A stretch of 64,000 nt of DNA. Origin: the human T2T-CHM13v2.0 reference genome, Homo sapiens. The notes beneath the pieces were generated by a model, which saw nothing but the letters and a program-made list of their open reading frames with translations, had not been told where the DNA came from and did no database searches. This document shows positions 38,069-55,689 of this stretch, piece by piece (the first letter of the stretch is position 1; the number at the start of each line of letters is the position of its first letter). Location: NCBI RefSeq assembly GCF_009914755.1, contig NC_060928.1; one strand, 5' to 3'. Made by a program: the position numbers and the translations under genes.

Positions 38069-38451
38069 TGAATTTTTTGTAGAGATGGGGTTTTGCCATG
38101 TTGCCCAGGCTGGTCTGGAATTCCTGGGCTCAAACTATCCTTCTGCCTTAGTCTGCCAGACTGCTGGGATTATAGGCATGAGCCACTGTGCCCCACTGAG
38201 AATAATTTCTGCAGAAAACAAATTTGTTGCTCCCATTAATGATGGGTAGATAGAGCTATTAGGAGTGTGTGGAGGAGAAGGAAGAGACTCCTACTCTAAT
38301 GTCTATTGTATTAATAGAACTTCATGCTGACATAGCCAAATTCTGAATTCTCACGTAGAATTTGAATAAATATAACGTTTGACACTTCATTCAAAGATTC
38401 TATGAACACTATAATTTTTTTTTCTGAAAATCACTCATTGAAAAGTCTTGC

Positions 38452-38594
38452 CTTTGCCTCATGGTGAGTGTGTGGGTCACCTTGTTAGCTTGATACTGCA
38501 CGATATGTGGGGTCAGGGCTGGCCCCAGTTTGACATAGGCCCCTCTGTTGCTGCCAACTTCATAGTAGTTGGAGGCAGAAAAGATTGTTAATAC
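38452..38594 (-). CDS. PPEF2: PPEF2 exon 13 ([11 protein letters not shown]...TMRQ), GC donor
   Basis: TIFSAxNY motif; 143 nt; AG|GCAAGA gives the phase 2 that exon 14 needs. Confidence 0.92.
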
Positions 38595-39553
38595 CTACAT
38601 CAAAACAGAAGAGAGACAGGTGTTCACATTCACTGAAGAAACCTTCACCCTCAATCCTATGTGGCCCAACTCAACTGCAGAAGCTGCTGTTTCTCCTAGT
38701 GCTCATCTGGGAATCCTTTTCTTTCTTTCTTTCTTTCTTTTTTTCTAAAGGCATCAATGCTAATAGGGCAAGAGTTGTGACTCAAGTCATAGAAATTTGA
38801 ATTCCGATAGTTTCACAATGTATCTTCTTCACATTTTTATCCCAAGTGAAAATAGCAAGGGTCATAGAAAACACCATATTTGCTTCAACTTAGAGGCAAG
38901 CTGGGTCTGATAAACCAGGATGGCCATTACAATGAGCAAGAAGATGAGTTCTGAGAGCTGATGTGGTGCCTTAAAGCAGTTTTCTACGGAATGTTGTGGC
39001 TCCTCAGATGGTGTATGAAAAAAGTTTTCACAGTCAATACGTTGGGAAATGCTAGATACTGTATCTCTTCCTGAGGATTTACAGTGGTAGGAAACTAAAG
39101 GTACTCAGAAGTCCTGCAATAAAGAAACTTGTACAATATAACCAGTGGTATTAGGTGAGACAAATATTGTAGGATTTGGAGATGTCCAAAGATTAGTCAG
39201 GATGTTAATTGTGCTCCTGAGAAGACAAATGAGCCTGAATCCCTGCCTGGGGAGCGACCTGAAGAATAGAGGTGTGGCTGAGAAAACACTGGCCTCATAT
39301 TTCCATTCATAAAATGGGACCATGTCAGTCAGGGCATTGGTGGACAGTGGCCTTAATCAAACTTTGGGTTTTAAAGAGGACATAAGAGTCAAGGATAAAT
39401 GACTGTAAAGGACCTAGTTGCTTTGAGCAAGTAGGTAACAAATACAAGGTCTGTAGGTTGTTAGAAACTGAGAGCCTTTGCTCATCCAGGCCTGAGCCCT
39501 TCGGACTACTTTGGTGACACACAAGCCTGTACTGCTGCAGAGGGAGCACCCAC

Positions 39554-39739
39554 CTTGCGGTTGTGACAGAATTCATAGCCTTCAGGTTTGCATTCATGTG
39601 AACGGATCAGGAATTGCAGGTTGTATTTTTGTAGCAACTGTTGTGTCACATCAGGCCCAAAATAACAGCCTCCTCCTCGAATAGTGTTGGCCTTGCAGCC
39701 CTCTTGAGCCATGGGATCACTCCACAGGATATCTACAAC
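39554..39739 (-). CDS. PPEF2: PPEF2 exon 12 (VVDILWSDP...LIRSHE...HNRK)
   Basis: WSDP and RSHE motifs, 186 nt. Confidence 0.96.
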
Positions 39740-40424
39740 CTGAGAAGACCAAGAGATGATTTCCTTCCCAAAAACTAGATACATATTCATCCACAGTCAT
39801 TCAAATGAAAGGAAGAGGAGGAGGAAAATATTTGAATAAAAATAAGTGAATAAATGTCCATGCAAGCAATATTTGACATACATTTATATTTTGGACCTCT
39901 AAGGTTCCAGAATTTCTTATTACTCACAAAATGAATGTGTGCGTGCCTACATATTTGTCGACAAGCATATACCCACTTTCTTGAAAATAAATCTGATATG
40001 AAAGCTCAATATGTAAAACAGATGAAGTTGTCCTGCTAGAAGCTTTGATCATGGCCAGTAGTTGTCAGTCAGTGCCAATGCTCCAGGCTACTGGACATTT
40101 GCCCTAAAGAGAAGGCGCAAGTCCTGGGACTGGCAAGAGAGTCTCTTGCATATTCACAAGACCCCAGACGTGGTCCTGGGAAAATGCAATCGACATTTTA
40201 TTTCTTAAAGTAGTTTAAGAATTTTTTTTTTTTTTTACAAATTGCAGAAGAGGCCAGGCATGGTGGCTAACACCTGTAATCCCAGTAGTTTGGGAGGCTG
40301 AGGTAGGTGGACCATTTGAGGTCAGGAGTTCAAGACCAGCCTGGTCAACATGTGAAATCCCGTCTTTACTAAAAATACAAAAAAATGAGCCAGGCATGGA
40401 GGCACACACCTGTAATCCCAACTA

Positions 40425-40608
<184 letters not shown>

Positions 40609-40707
40609 TCAGTTTCTACTCTATTATTAATACTCAGGAAAACAATAACTGCCAGTCATACAATACTCAGATGAAATAACTGAATAATTTTGGTTATTGT
40701 CATTTAA

Positions 40708-40923
<216 letters not shown>

Positions 40924-41634
40924 TAACCAGAGTCTGTTCTCGAATTCCTAACCTCAGATGATCCTCCCACCTCAGCCTCCCAAAGTGCTGGGATTACAGG
41001 CGTGAGCCACCACACTTAGCCAACATTTAATGCTTTCTAAAAGTACTTTTGTAAAAGAAAAACTTCATTCGATTTGTAAAGATCAAGACATTAACACTGA
41101 GTCAGTTTGCAAAAGGAAAGACCTATACTTTATAATTTCAATTCTAAATTGGTGTTGAAGCCCAGATCAATAACTGACAGAACATTAACTAAACTCACCA
41201 TCTCTTTCTCCGAGGCTTCTAGACTCAGAGTCAGCTGCAACTTCTCTTTCTCACTACCCTCCATCCAATCAATCAGCAAGTTCTGCTAATTTTAGCTCTT
41301 AAATAATTCTGAATTTCTTTCTTTCTTTTTTTTTTTTTTTTTGAGACGGAGTCTCGCTCTGTCGCCCAGGATGAAGTGCAGTGGCACGATCTCGGCTCAC
41401 TGCAAGCTCTGCCTCCTGGGTGCGTGACATTCTCCTGCCTCAGCCTCCCGAATAGCTGGGACTACAGGCACCCACCACCATGCCTGGCTAATTTTTTTTT
41501 GTATTTTTAGTAGAGACGGGGTTTCACCGTGTTAGCCAAGGATGGTCTCTATCTCCTGACCTCGTGATCCGCCTGTCTCAGCCTCCCAAAGTGCTGGGAT
41601 TATAGGCATGAGCCACTGCGCCCGGCTGAATTCA

Positions 41635-42147
<513 letters not shown>

Positions 42148-42713
42148 CTAAGCCATCTATTTTGGCAAGTAATGTTAGCGCCTACTCAATGTCCATTCTC
42201 CTCTTCCTTCTTCCGTACTGACAGAACTGCGGGTTTGGGGTGGCAGGGTGCCTCGCTGCATACTACTTACTCTCCAAGTCTCCCCTGCAGCTAGGGGTGG
42301 CCATGTGACCCAGTTCTAGAGATCTGGGGACAGCTCTTGCCTGGTAACAGAGGAAAGAAGCTGCTGCCTAGCCCTTTTGGCCTTGAACTATGGCAGCTAT
42401 ATTACTGACACATTAAAAAAAATAGCACACAATAGCATCCAACAAATCGTAGCTTATCTTCTTACCCTACTAGTGCTCAATCACTAACCCAAGTATCATC
42501 AGGCAATAGAGCCTAACAGCCACACATCCCCATCTTTTATAAAACTCTAAAACATATGAGTCATTAGGCAAATACTAGTGTCCTTCTGGGGTGTTGTTAC
42601 CCCAGAAAGAGAGAGAAAGAGGGGCCTCAAAACATATCCTGAGTTTCCCTGGAAGGGAGAGTTTTGACCTGTTGGCAGCCACATGCTAGGAAGCAGCGCC
42701 TGGCCACGCTCAC

Positions 42714-43100
42714 CTGCCTCCACTCCTCCTGAGTGGGCTTCCGCAGCTCTCCGGCTTCAGAGTCTGCTTCTGAGGCTGAGCGGGAGGGCTCCTCTTTCTC
42801 TCCGGTCACCAGGAGGCCTGCTTGCTGCCGGCACCGCTCTAGCTCCAGTTCCACGGAGCTCCGCACCTGCCGGGAGAGCTCCCGCCCGTCCAGGGAACCG
42901 CTGCAGGGGATGCTGGAGGACCTGCTGGTTTTCTGGGCCTTGTAGGAGCCAAGCCGAAGGGGCGAAGAGGGAAGAGAGCGGCTTTCGGGGAGAAACCATG
43001 GGATGGGTCCCTGTGCAGAGCTCTTCTGGTTGGCTCTTCTCTTCTCCTCCATCTGCTTCTCACTCTTCTGTCTCGTTTTGCACCTCATGGTGGAAACTAT
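42714..43100 (-). CDS. PPEF2: PPEF2 exon 11, Ser/Arg/Glu-rich insert within the catalytic domain (IVSTMRCK...EEWRQ)
   Basis: ttag acceptor, GTGAGC donor, 387 nt, phase 0-0. Confidence 0.95.
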
Positions 43101-43268
43101 CTAAACACGTCCAGAAAGAGATACAGATGCTGGAATGAAACTGTAGGCCCAGACAGGTGTGGTGGCCCACTCCTGTAATCCTAGAACTTTGGGAGACTGA
43201 GCCCAGCAGAACACTCAAGCCCGGGAGTTCAAGACCAGCTTGAGCAACATGGCAAGACCGTGTCTCTA

Positions 43269-44161
<893 letters not shown>

Positions 44162-45331
44162 TTATTTTAGGTTTGGGGGTATATGCGAAGGTTTTTTACA
44201 TAGGTACACACATGTCACAGGGGGTTGTTTTACATATTATTTCATCATTTTTCTAATAATTCATATTTATTGTATTTTACGAAAGTATTGATCTGCAACA
44301 AATTGGAAGTTTATAAAACCTGGTCCTTCACATATAATTTCGAGAAACACTAACCTAGTTCATCGTTTCTGTCTGGGAGACCAGTGACTTTTTTAGACAA
44401 GGATAGGAAAGGGCAACTCTGTCTCAGGCCAGTCCTCATTGACTTTCCTGTCATTCCACAGATGCTAAAACAAAGAAAAAGAATCAAAGTATATAGGTGA
44501 GAAATAGGAAGAGGAAAAACTTGACTCTTGCTGCAGAGGAGGCAGCACTTAATGGTACTTTAGAGGAAGTGCTCTTGTACCCATTATCTTACCTGTTGGG
44601 GAAGGACAGGGGAGGGGAGGGAGCTCCTCTTTTCAGCCTGGACCTAATCAGAAAGACACTCCTTGCCACAGGGAATTGAATAGAGTCCCTCTCACTTGCG
44701 GTCATCATGGCACTGGGACTGGGCTGAGGACATAAGTGGCACGAATTCTGATCAGGGGTCAGGCCACAGAGCAGATTGTAGCAGCGAGCAAAAAGAGAGA
44801 GCAGCCATTCCTGCTGTGCCTCAGTGCTATGGTGAACCCCGAGGGGGAAGACTTCCATGGTATATCCACAATAAAGGGCTTGTTCACAAAAGGAACTCTG
44901 TGTGAGCACATAATCAAAGAACGAGAACTTTCTGCAAATAGATCTAAGGACTGTGATACAAGAAAGCCACGTCCCAGCTTGGACTGGCTTAGGGCAAGAA
45001 CAAAGAAGGACACCCAGAGAGGGGCAGCAGAGCTGACTGATGTTTGAAGGACAGTCCAGAGTGAAGAGAATAGAACAGAGCTTATTATCTGACATTGGAC
45101 AAGCGTTAATCACTTTCTAGGCAGTTCCAATCTTGGGCATAGAGAGTGCAAAGCCACAAAATGTAAACCAACTCATAACAACCTTCTTGCTCCTTGTTGG
45201 CACACAGTGAGGGCCAGTCCACCAGTCCCACCTCTTCCGATTCTCAGGTATTTTATTATTATATTTTTTTAGATGGAGTCTCGCTCTGTCACCAGGCTGG
45301 AGTGCAGTGGTGCGATCTCAGCTCACCAAAA

Positions 45332-46390
45332 CCTCTGCTTTATATTCCCAAGCAATTCATATCGACTCAAACTCGTGTTCTTAATTCAAAAGAAAATCTC
45401 TGCAAATAAGCAGACCCTCCTTGTTAGAAGATGGTTTATTTAATGGTACTGGAGAAAGCCCTGATGACTAGCAAATGATTCCTCCCATTCACACACATTC
45501 CTCTCCTGGTAAGAAGTCCTATTAATGACTGTTTTCCCCATCTTATGTTTCCAGTGATTTTTAACATCCACTGTAGACTGATGTCCCACACCTTAACCTA
45601 GTGGAGGGAGGCTCCAGTACACGAGGGATTGTAACTGGCACTGCTAGGGTCACCTGCAGCCTGCAGATAGGTCTTGCTTGCCTTGCAATGTTCATAAAAT
45701 TTTTAAAATGGTATTTTGACATTTGAAATTTGGAGGATTTTATATTAAGGTCTAGATTTTGCTTTAAAAGTCTCCTGAAAAATCTTCTAATACTGGCTTA
45801 TAAGTGAGTAGCTGCTTCCTACTTTAACATGGGCAAAATCTGTCCAGTTCTCATCTAGGTTTGCAACCCGGCATTGTTCTGTCCCATCTTTGCTTCAACA
45901 AAAATGTAGCTCATTTACTATTTATAATAATCAGGCAGAAAAAATATTGTGCCTTCTGCTTTCAATACTATCTCTGCAATAAGGAGAAATTAACATTTAT
46001 CCTTATCTTACATATGGAAAACTTAGTAATTGTAGAGTTTTTTTGTCGGATTCTTCTGGGTATTTTCTTTCTTATAATAAAAATTAGAAGCACTGGTAAG
46101 GAACAATCAGAACTGATATTCTTTTTCTATCTTTGTTAGGAGACTTACATGGCCAATTGGATGACTTAATATTTATATTTTATAAGGTATGAATGTTCAA
46201 ATTAAGTTGCTTTCTTGCTCTGAGGCTTAATTTAGAAGCTCAAATTCAGTATCAATTGAACAAATGCTTAAATATTACTTGAATTTTTAAAATGTTATTA
46301 TTTACTTTTATTTTTTTTTTTGAGATAGGGGTCTCACTCTCACTTAGGCTGGAGTGCAGTGGTGCGATCTCGGCTTGCTCAACCTCTGCC
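45332..46390 (+). repeat. Inverted duplicate of PPEF2 intron 6/exon 7/intron 7 segment (donor ~53130-54483)
   Basis: Reverse-complement match along its length, roughly 90-95% by eye; lacks the AluY present in the donor. Confidence 0.95.
46140..46186 (+). pseudogene. Antisense pseudo-exon copy of PPEF2 exon 7 (GDLHGQLDDLIFIFYK)
   Basis: 46/47 nt identical (ATC>ATA, synonymous); ttgttag acceptor and gtatga donor intact. Confidence 0.95.
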
Positions 46391-47152
46391 TCCCAGATTC
46401 AAGCAATTCTCCTGCCTCAGCCTCCCAAGTAGCTGGGAGTATAGGCGCGCGTCACCACGTCCAGCTAATTTTTGTACTTTTAGTAGAGACGGGGGTTTCA
46501 CCATGTTGGCCAGGATTGTCTCCATCTCTTGACCTCGTGATCCGCCCGCCTCGGCCTCCCAAAATGCTGGGATTACAGGCGTGAGCCACTGTGCCTGGCC
46601 CAGGTAATTTTATTTTGAGGATGTTGTTATCTGCTCCAAGCAGCATCCCTAACTTGAGGAGATTAATAGTGTTAATATGTATTGAGCCTTTTCCAAATAG
46701 GCGCTGTTCTGGGCATTTTCTATAAATTAGTTGATTAACCACCATACCACTCCTATAAGATAGCATCTTTTATAGTACAGATAAGAAAACTGAGGCACAA
46801 AATACTAAGACTCTTCCAGGACTGAATCCAGATAGTCTGACTCTGGAGCCCATACCTCTCTGTACTTCTCTCTCAAGTAGTCCTTGGACTGTATCATTTG
46901 CTGCATCACCCTCTCTCCAGAGCTTTGCAAACCAAACATTGGGAAGTTAGTTTTTTGCTAAGCCACAGAAAATAAACTTTTCGTTAGCATTCTTTCCCAG
47001 AGTTCCTTCTTCTATGTTTACATAATTAAATATGATTCTTCCCATGAGATAATTTGCTCTACTGTGGTTTGCTGTCTCTGCCTCCAGACATACATGCTGC
47101 TGGACAGAATGTTTGAGTTGAAAGTTTGTGAGAAAATCAAGATACAACTGAT

Positions 47153-48068
<916 letters not shown>

Positions 48069-49406
48069 AGATATAACAGATGTGTAAGTGAAAACACTGA
48101 GTTTGGGTGTACAGGGACACAGCAATTTCTAGTTACCAAACCACAAGGAGTCATATCCTTACTTGCTAAATGGTAGCTAAGTCTAGAAACCACACATTAG
48201 GGGTGGCAGAGTAACAAGAAACCTGGGTCTCTGGACAACTTCATAGAACCAAACTGCCATTTCAGCCAACAATTGCCTATTCCAGGGTTCAAACCCAGGT
48301 CTGTCTCACTCTAAAGCCGTATTCTTTCATTTCATGTATGTCTCATATACATAGACTTTCATATCCATATCCATTAGAATTGCCCAAAGCTGAAGTAGAC
48401 TGATTGTTCCCTGTCTTTGGAACTTCCCAGGAAAATGTTGTCATGGATGTTGTAGCAGCATTTCCTGTGTGGGATGAGTCAAGTTTAAGAGTTAGGTGTA
48501 AGAAAATAGAACCTTTGCTTCCTAGCTTTCCATTTCCAAAATGAAATGGAAAATAGAAATCTATTGTTATTGGTAAATCATACATTCTGTCTCATACTCT
48601 TCCACCTCCAACCCCAACACATTCTGGTTATTTTGTGTTCCTTTAGGGCAAGCACCATCTCTGTTTCATCTTTTTATCTCTGTAACACTTTCTTTGCACA
48701 TAGTAAGCACCCAAAGCACATTTGTTGAGTTTAACTGAAATTGATCTTCATCTTTTTTTTCTGCCAACTAGCACGCTCTCTGAATGTAGTAGTAGGCACT
48801 AAATACATATTTCTTGACTTTAATTGAAGGTAATATGAATTATTTGGGAAACGTAGGCTCTTTAGGTGGCAATAATTGAGAGGTAGTATTTAGAATTATC
48901 TAGATCCAATGGCAGATAACACGGCACTGGTTGCTACTCCCCACTGGCATGTACATGGTAGACATGACTAAGTGACTACAGCACACTTGCCCCCTAGCCC
49001 AACTGCAGATTCTCAATCTTTTTTTTTTTTTTTTAGAAACAGGTTCTCACTGTGTCCCTGCAAGATGGAGTGCAATGGCAATCAGAGCTCACTGCAGCCT
49101 CCCAAGTAGATAAGACTACAGGCCCATGCCACCACTCCCAGCTAAGTTTTTAATTTTTTTATAGAGACAAAGTTTTGCTATGTTGCCCAGACTGGTCTCA
49201 AACTCCTGGTCTCAAGCAATCTTCCTGTCTTCTAAAGTGCTGAGTTTATAGGTGTGAGACACTGTGCCCAGCCTCCATACTCTTAATGGCCTCCACACTC
49301 TTAACAGCCATAATCAGTTGACTGCAGTCAGCATGTAAGATGACATTTATATTGGCAATGAAACTGGGCATTATGGTGAAATTTGTATTATTTCGTTAAC
49401 CACTAC

Positions 49407-49556
49407 CTTGCTCCTCTCTATTTTGTCCAAAAGCTCCAGATCAGTTATGTCTGACACCCCACCATGAAGAATTAGAACTTTCTCATCTATCAGAGTGGCC
49501 AGTGGAAGCCAACAGAAAACATCTTGCAGGGTTCTTAGTATTTCCTTCCCGTGTAC
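49407..49556 (-). CDS. PPEF2: PPEF2 exon 10 (VHGKEIL...WLPLA...LHGGVS...ERSK)
   Basis: HGG motif; 150 nt, phase 0-0; preceding intron is 90 nt. Confidence 0.96.
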
Positions 49557-49646
49557 CTGGAAAAAATGATATAAACAAAATGTTATCAAATAATTCACTC
49601 AACTTATCTGAACTGAGAGAAACTTTTGTCTTTAAAGGCAGCGCAC

Positions 49647-49683
49647 CTTGTATTTATTCATCACTTCCTTGGTGAAGCCATAT
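49647..49683 (-). CDS. PPEF2: PPEF2 exon 9 (RYGFTKEVMNKYK)
   Basis: tag acceptor, GTGCGC donor; 37 nt; YGF motif. Confidence 0.94.
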
Positions 49684-50026
49684 CTAGATTTAGAAGCACA
49701 AATAGATATTAGAGTAAACTGGGTGACAATAATCAGGGCATAATCACATTTTTAGAAGAATGCATATTCTGGGTATATGTACTTAAATACATAGAAAAGA
49801 GACTGAGGAATAATCACCAAAATGTTTACAATTATATCATTATCCCTGGGTAGAGAAATTATGGGATATTTTAATTTTCTTCCTTTTACTTATCTGTATT
49901 TCCTGCTTTACTATCATGAATCTCTATTATTTATATGATAGAGTATGTGTATGCAAAAACAAATTCAATGGTTTCATTGGAATAGTAAAATAATGTGTAA
50001 ATTAAAAAAAAAGTCTGGGCTGGGCA

Positions 50027-50920
<894 letters not shown>

Positions 50921-51074
50921 TTTTTTTTGAATGTTATATACTGTGTATTCTGCTTTTTAAAAAAATTGGAAAACTAGTTTTAAAGGCATTTAACAAATAA
51001 GAAGTTCTGGAGAAATAACGTTTTACAATTACAACAAACAAACATCAAATACTCAAGCATGTTTTGACTTGTAC

Positions 51075-51241
51075 CGTAAGTTCACCATATGGTCCTCATG
51101 GTTTCCTCTGTTAAGATGGAACTCTTTGGGGTAAACCAGCATGAAGGCAAAAAGAATCATCAGGATCTCTACTGAATCCTTGCCTCGATCCACAAAGTCA
51201 CCGTTGAACACATATGACCGTTCTGGCGATGGGAGGCCATT
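51075..51241 (-). CDS. PPEF2: PPEF2 exon 8 (NGLPS...GDFVDRG...NRGNHED...NL)
   Basis: PPP motifs GDxVDRG and RGNHE; AAG acceptor, GTACAA donor; 167 nt. Confidence 0.96.
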
Positions 51242-52063
51242 CTTTTCAACAAGGAGACCAGTGAAAGAATGAATGGGAGGAAGGAAATAAGAAATCAGGT
51301 TAAAATCAATAGGCATTTGACAATCACATCATGTCTAACACCAATTCTGTGCTTTCTAGGTCTCCTCCAAGCCTGAAATGTCAGTAAATGATGGAAGTAT
51401 CTTCTATTGGTCTTATATTTCCTTTCCAGAGAGGCTAAGGTTAGGAGATGCTCCTTTAGACAAAGCCTGAGTGTTGCCATGTGGTGTGGAGCAAAGGGCA
51501 CCAAACTTGTGATCCAAAGGCCAGTTTTAAGTCCTGGCCACACTATCTTTAACTAGAAATAATAATACTTGCCATAGATTTCTCAGGATTAAACAAGATA
51601 ATGCATGGGAAAATGCTTTGGGAAATGTAGTATGTGTAGAAAGTAATATTCCATTAAAAAATATTATACTCATCTCCCTTGCTATATGTTCTACACATTA
51701 TAACTAAAATATATATGAAAATAGCTTTTGGTTGTTTTGATAATAATCAGTTTTCTTTATGTGAAAGAAAGAAAATCAATTGCTAAATATTTATTTATTT
51801 ATTTATGTTTTAAGAGACAGGGCCTCACTATGTTGCCCAGGCTGACCTCAAACTCCTGGCCTCAACGATCCTCCCACTTTAGCCTCCCAAATGCTGGGAT
51901 TACAGGCATGAGCCACTGCACCTGGCCCCTTCTAGTTATTAACCAAACATTTTAAGTTGGTTAAATAGTTTGCAAAAATGTACTAGAATATAATGCAATG
52001 CTGACTTTTCTATTATTTATTTGCTGCAACAGAGTAGCAAATATTATTAAAAATAATATCTTA

Positions 52064-53229
<1,166 letters not shown>

Positions 53230-53333
53230 TTAAAACTTCAAGTAATATTTAAGCATTTGTTCAATTGATACTGAATTTGAGCTTCTAAATTAAGCTTCAG
53301 AGCAAGAAAGCAACTTAATTTGAACATTCATAC

Positions 53334-53380
53334 CTTATAAAATATAAAGATTAAGTCATCCAATTGGCCATGTAAGTCTC
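53334..53380 (-). CDS. PPEF2: PPEF2 exon 7 (GDLHGQLDDLIFIFYK), PPP-family GDxHG metal-binding motif
   Basis: ttgttag acceptor, GTATGA donor, 47 nt. Confidence 0.96.
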
Positions 53381-53822
53381 CTAACAAAGATAGAAAAAGA
53401 ATATCAATTCTGATTGTTCCTTACCAGTGCTTCTGATTTTTATTATAAGAAAGAAAATACCCAGAAGAATCTGACAGAAAAAACCCTACAAAGTTTTCCA
53501 TATGTAAGATAAGGATAAATATTAATTTCTCCTTATTGCAGAGATAGTATTGAAAGCAGAAGGCATAATATTTTTTCTGCCGGATTATTATAAATAGTAA
53601 ATGAGCTACATTTTTATTGAAGCAAAGATGCGATAGAACAGTGCAAGGTTGCAAACCTAGATGAGAACTGGAGAGATTTTGCCCACGTTAAACTAGAAAG
53701 CAGCTACTCACTTATAAGCCAGTGTTAAAAGATTTTTCAGGAGACTTTTAAAGCAAAATCTAGATCATAATATAAAATCCTCCAAATTTCCAATGTTGAA
53801 ATACCATTTTTAAAAGTTTATG

Positions 53823-54171
<349 letters not shown>

Positions 54172-54693
54172 CTAGCAGGGCCAGTTACAATCCCTCCTGC
54201 ACTGGAGCCTCCACTAGGTTAAGGTGTGGGATGTCTGTCTACAGTGGATGTTAAAAATCACTGGAAACATAAGATGGGGAAAACAGTCATTAACAGGACT
54301 TCTTTCCAGGAGAGGAATGTGTGTGGATGGGAGGAATAATTTGCTAGTCATCGGGGCTTTCTCAAGTACCATTAAATAAACCATCTTCTAACAAGGAGGG
54401 TCTGGTTATTTGCAGAGATTTTGTTTTGAATGAAGAACATGAGTTTGAGTCAGTAGGAATTGCTTGGGAAAATAAAGCAGAGGCTGGGCCCTGAGGTCCA
54501 TGATCCCCTTCGCTGCACCACCACCTCTTTTTTAGGTAAATGTGGAGTGAATATGCAAATTGTGGACCTGAAGGGGTTAAATTTGGCTTATCATCACATC
54601 TCCCTGCAGCCCGCCACTCCTCTTGCATCCCCACACAGGTAGAGCGTTCTTCTTTGTGTGCAGCATGGAAAGCCGTTTCTGACCAGCTCTTAC

Positions 54694-54808
54694 CACACAC
54701 TGTGATCTCCTCGCTGTAACAGGTTGAGACCCGGTTGATGTTTGGCAGCTGTACCAGATGTTTCTTGGTTTCATACAAAAGGTTCAAGACGTAGCGAGCA
54801 TGGAGCTG
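54694..54808 (-). CDS. PPEF2: PPEF2 exon 6 (QLHARYVL...EEITVC)
   Basis: TAGCAG acceptor, GTAAGA donor, 115 nt. Confidence 0.95.
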
Positions 54809-55581
54809 CTACTGGGAGGAAGAGGAGGGAAGGAAGAAAACAACACTGATATTCGTGAGGGAAAATGGTCCTTACCTTTACTGCTTAACAACCCCCATCA
54901 CCTAAGACCCCAAAAGTAACCCCAGTAAACTGCTCCTGGGACTATGCACGGATTCTTTCTTTATCACTCAACTTCTGCCCTTGTTTCTGCTTCTCATCAT
55001 TCCCACTTGCCCCCCCTGCAAATATTGAGCTACTTTTCTCTTTCCTTTCTACTCTATTAAATGCTTCCTTGCCTTTAGCATGGGAAGACCATGTGATTGT
55101 TTCAGTAAAGTATGACTAAGTGCAGGTGTGTTGATGGTACTTAGTGATCCTGTCATTACTGGAATATATCAGCTCAGCTCCTCCTGCAATGAGTTACATT
55201 CATGTGGAAGAGGGGAAGGATTGAATTCTGATATAGAGCCAGAAGCTGACTATCTCGCTACCTCTACCCTACCATCAGAGTTCCAAGCCACTGTCATCTT
55301 TCGCTTGGACGATTGCAGTAGTCTCTTGACTGGTCACCCTACTTTGGCCCTTGCCGCCTACACTGTCTTAACACAGCAACCAGAATGATTATTTTAAAAA
55401 ACAAGTCAGGGCTGGGTATGATGGCTCACGCCTGTAATCCCAGCACTTTGGGAGGCCGAGGTAGGCAGATCATGAGGTCAGGAGATCGAGACCATCCTGG
55501 CTAACATGGTGAAACTCCATCTCTATTAAAAATATAAAAAAATTAGCCGGGTGTGGTGGCGGGTGCCTGCAGTGGCAGTTA

Positions 55582-55689
<108 letters not shown>

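Larger units (their letters stand above)
45258..46600 (-). mobile_element. AluSc split by the inverted duplicate (45258-45338 and ~46380-46600)
   Basis: AluSc diagnostics in both halves; TSD caggta(a)ttttatt at 45245 and 46601. Confidence 0.8.

Noticed and set aside
42683-43138. 151-aa antisense ORF over exon 11
   Set aside because: GC-rich shadow of a real exon with no independent signals
44589-45113. Overlapping 174-aa (-) and 103-aa (+) ORFs
   Set aside because: No recognisable homology; the 174-aa frame is out of phase with exon 11 at the 44593 donor
45861-46139. Paralogous ORFs here and at 53421-53654
   Set aside because: TTG-start intronic frames that match only because of the inverted duplication
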